This document shows, piece after piece, positions 61,801-63,709 of a DNA stretch of 63,709 bases. Both the position numbers and the translations under genes were made by a program. The notes beneath the pieces were generated by a model. It searched no databases and was not told where the DNA came from. It saw only the letters and a list, made by a program, of their open reading frames with translations. Source of the DNA: a virus (Duplodnaviria; Caudoviricetes); the IMG/VR virus record IMGVR_UViG_3300050034_000204, positions 1 to 63,709 of that record; one strand, given 5' to 3'. How positions within the stretch are numbered: position 1 is the first letter of the stretch; every line of letters begins with the position of its first letter.

Positions 61801-62640
61801 ACCGTAACAATTGCAAACTCTTTACAACAGGCATCGTCAGGATCAGTATCGGTGGCACTGACCTCAGGCCACAAATACGGATGGACGTATACATCAGGTA
61901 GCGGGTGTACCACACCACCTGCATATTTCAACATCACCGGATGGATACTCGGGAATAGCAGTTGGATTGGTGAAATGCCCCAAACGATTGCGAATTTAAC
62001 CACATATTTACAAGGTGCATTTACTCCGGCGAACGCTCTCTCAGTGTCTGCCGTTTCATCCAGCGGCTATCAAACGCCATCAGGTTGCTCCACCAACGCG
62101 GTAGCACAACTCTATGATAACACAGCGTCCAGCCCGGTCAGCGGACTAGCGCTGACGTTGTCAACACAGTACAACTACAACACACTTGGGGCATTGGTTG
62201 GATTGACCGCAGGTCATCAGTACAGTGTTCAGGTGACCGGCGGAACAGGCTGCACAACCACCCCTAAGAGCGTTGATTATTCAATCTCATTTAGCACGAA
62301 TGGTCCGCTACTGCAGGGTGCTAATAACCTATCAGATGTTTCCAGTTCGTCAACTGCACGCATAAACCTTGGACTAGGCTCGGTATCAACGCTACCATCC
62401 TCGGTTGTATCGCTTCGGGCCGGATCGTGGTCCATCAGCAGCGGAACGAGTGCAACAGTAACATTCGGGACGGCGATGGCAGCGGCCCCGACAAGTTGCG
62501 GCCTAACGCCATCGGCAAGTACCGCATCCACCGGTACACCATTCGCAACCAGTTTGGCGACAACAGGATTCACGGTCAATGTGCCAACAAGCGGTACAAT
62601 CAGCGGAACCTATCAGTGTGTGATTACAAACTCGTATTGA
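58825..62640 (+). CDS. Tailspike/depolymerase-like beta-helix protein with signal peptide
   Basis: MFKKFIFLCILLSYNIVNAQ; I.NA.AAA...V....GTY start of a parallel beta-helix, many I.GN repeats, three C-terminal P.GC modules. Confidence 0.7.
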   Translation: MFKKFIFLCILLSYNIVNAQGTKITGSVLIQSGATGTVSNLGGTVVNSIPYQCASGTTCYLSPSTSSTTEYLCQTDSGVPAWCAVSDGGGSGTVTSVGLTVPDWLTVTNSPITSSGTIAITGTSETANYFIAAPNGTAGAMTPRAIVAADLPSSITSSTTGTAAQVVNSLTLTNTLATPTFTTFNGSAATTVDIIDPSQTATQTMAGDLTLPNLTASGTVTAGSIGTTIYAANYCTTKGILDQSCIANALAAATANTNVIVGSGTYNFSSGVTWSTSNTTITCAPGAVFSRASSLSSSMLVLTGSYQTLDGSCALTGGSSSANAYSGLVHLSDTSYTTLRGLHIYTVGSDYGIRLDQASHVLADHLQMDSDSGGFFAYAPNSFIELNGGRYDGGYSILSGSNNGAYNTSLTNDVNIHDVSCSSSGQAAQSGNYYFSCGGVGDFTGNTTITGYSITSNAVTFTTSGTNHVTGVGTSVLVIGLSTGNYLNYPSWSGVWTVTAVGTNTFTVTSPGFAHANVSSTTDAGFANVGIITGLRIVNTTCNISGTTSTSQIFDCWTIPSYNTIGAIFSGNTANADNQFINYDVLEFGASRSEVSNNTIHAQDSGMQVYSAIHFYSGGNHVFGNHVYGWGNGSSSTASSGVTFSSHTASGGRIHADNNIITGNTVSNPLIGTDAVSCGICVSTNDSSAQSSELNTIITDNIVVGPIARSIFIDDNGYSSPLNALIQGNSISGGTIGVYYGATAATSVTLGTNYFTGVTTNYYAQGSAVASNLVMGSTVQTPAITPTNLSSSTAPVCYSTSGQPLTNVGCKIPQQSVTTNTVAAWSVYLYAVSGIYGGALYPQSGQTIVSVDYAYNVAPVGCSSYGTIYVHDVTTSTDVITVTSSGQIGSSTGLSYPLNSAHVYAIHDGGFSGCSTTPASLTVTVQLSNATGVSLRNASTVGNDGTYYGTWASTGETITQIDFGIGRAGVGCTSLWGVELYDQTSSSVVAGTTVTIANSLQQASSGSVSVALTSGHKYGWTYTSGSGCTTPPAYFNITGWILGNSSWIGEMPQTIANLTTYLQGAFTPANALSVSAVSSSGYQTPSGCSTNAVAQLYDNTASSPVSGLALTLSTQYNYNTLGALVGLTAGHQYSVQVTGGTGCTTTPKSVDYSISFSTNGPLLQGANNLSDVSSSSTARINLGLGSVSTLPSSVVSLRAGSWSISSGTSATVTFGTAMAAAPTSCGLTPSASTASTGTPFATSLATTGFTVNVPTSGTISGTYQCVITNSY

Positions 62641-62803
62641 CACTGACGGAACTACGATACTGACAGCGGCTGTCCCTGCGCTGCCGTCTGAGGCGTATAC
62701 GGCAGCGCAAGCGGCTTTGCCTATCGCGGCGGCACAGAAAACGCTGTGGGTGGCAGAGGTTCTGGCGGCAGAAACGTCAGCAGCGGCGGAATCTAAACCG
62801 TGA
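62624..62803 (+). pseudogene. Headless Ala-rich ORF remnant
   Basis: Open frame ...TDGTTILTAAVPALPSEAYTAAQAALPIAAAQKTLWVAEVLAAETSAAAESKP* with GC-rich codons and no ATG/RBS. Confidence 0.4.
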
Positions 62804-62878
62804 CGTTTTACACGACGGTGCCTGAGCAGGATCGGCAATCTATGATAGAGGGACGGGCCAAAGGAGGGCCTGAGCAAC

Positions 62879-63244
62879 ATGGCATACCAACTTAGTGGCT
62901 ACACAACATCGAGCGGAATCGCACTGACGGCAGCTTATCTGCGTATCACGAACGTGATCGTGGAACATGCTACTAAACAGGCAGTAGTGGGTTACTCGAT
63001 CTATGCAACTGCCGCTACTGCTACTGCGGGCAATGATGCAGTGGCATCAGGCATATGCTCGTTCTACGACTCGTCGGACGGGAACACGCTGCTGTACACC
63101 GACAATTTTGCAACTGCGCTCGGCACCGATCCATCTGGAACACAGCCGACCAAGGTAACTGATATGGCGCAGATGCAGGCATACCTTGCGCTGAAGAGTC
63201 ACAGCAGCATGACCACACTTTTGACTGGTGCTGTTGTAGCATAA
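62879..63244 (+). CDS. Small tail-fibre-associated hypothetical protein (GC-rich segment)
   Basis: AAGGAGG RBS; G.....AY.RI...QAY.ALK pattern typical of genes following fibres. Confidence 0.6.
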   Translation: MAYQLSGYTTSSGIALTAAYLRITNVIVEHATKQAVVGYSIYATAATATAGNDAVASGICSFYDSSDGNTLLYTDNFATALGTDPSGTQPTKVTDMAQMQAYLALKSHSSMTTLLTGAVVA

Positions 63245-63268
63245 TCCTTGTACAAGAGGCCCAAGCGA

Positions 63269-63631
63269 ATGGCTGATTCTATTGATTTCGGGGATGGGAG
63301 TTGGGAGCAATCGGCTCCGACCATCCGTTCAACGCTTACCCACTTGGTCAAAGAGATGGACGGTAACGGTACGCCCGGAGTCAAGGCCGAAGTGGCAGAG
63401 CTTAAATCCATTGCCCGCGTATCGCTGCTCTGGATCAAAGGCATTGGGTGGGCTGTAGGAATTGGCATTGCTGCCGGTGGTCTGTTTATCGCCTACCTGC
63501 AACTCAACCATCGTATCAGCCAAACATCTCCCCCGCCGATTACGGCGAAAGATCAGCAGCAGCAGCAACTCGACACTGATCTCCCGTCCGAATACCAACT
63601 CAACCGAGCAGTACAAAGAGAAACGAGGTAA
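63269..63631 (+). CDS. Single-TM holin-like protein (GC-rich segment)
   Basis: GAGG RBS; GNG.PG plus short coil, then a TM helix. Confidence 0.55.
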   Translation: MADSIDFGDGSWEQSAPTIRSTLTHLVKEMDGNGTPGVKAEVAELKSIARVSLLWIKGIGWAVGIGIAAGGLFIAYLQLNHRISQTSPPPITAKDQQQQQLDTDLPSEYQLNRAVQRETR

Positions 63632-63633
63632 TC

Positions 63634-63709
63634 ATGGCTCGACCAGACCCAACAGGTAATCCTTTCCCATCCGGCCCAATTGTGTGGGCTGACAAGAAGA
63701 AACCGATCA
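63634..63709 (+). CDS. Hypothetical protein, partial
   Basis: GAGGT RBS; MARPDPTGNPF... open to the window end. Confidence 0.45.
   Translation, partial: MARPDPTGNPFPSGPIVWADKKKPI

Noticed and set aside
59208-63659. Numerous short overlapping ORFs in the GC-rich end
   Set aside because: Expected from lower stop-codon density; they overlap better-supported genes.
1-63709. CRISPR array, tRNA or tmRNA genes
   Set aside because: No regularly spaced repeat-spacer units or cloverleaf/T-loop signatures seen by eye. The Cas4-like nuclease is the common stand-alone phage exonuclease.
1-63709. Stop-codon reassignment
   Set aside because: Standard-code ORFs are long and tile the window, including 2370- and 1674-aa genes.

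Overview
AT-rich fragment of a large, T4-related myovirus (jumbo-phage-like) genome. It encodes nucleotide and replication functions (class III RNR NrdD with a 155-aa mini-intein, dUTPase, a stand-alone DnaE fragment, clamp loader, exonucleases, PhoH), GroES and IF-1 homologues, a GIY-YIG-type homing endonuclease, diverged capsid and tail-tube paralogues, giant baseplate proteins, a neck protein and tail-fibre/adhesin genes. No tRNA or CRISPR array was seen. Most interesting: (1) a dispersed set of unrelated enzymes (GNAT, kinase, ADP-ribosyltransferase-like, amidoligase-like, GP88) sharing a short M-[RKI]-x-x-E-[LIVF] N-terminal leader like the T4 capsid-targeting sequence, suggesting a head-packaged, injected effector arsenal; (2) a 97-bp, 96/97-identical non-coding element in two inverted copies 28 kb apart; (3) eight genes with TAAATA exactly 5 nt before the ATG and no Shine-Dalgarno, i.e. 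probable leaderless late mRNAs; (4) two giant fibre-like proteins with signal peptides, the second running into a GC-rich, recently acquired segment. All product calls come from motif recognition by eye; no searches were run.
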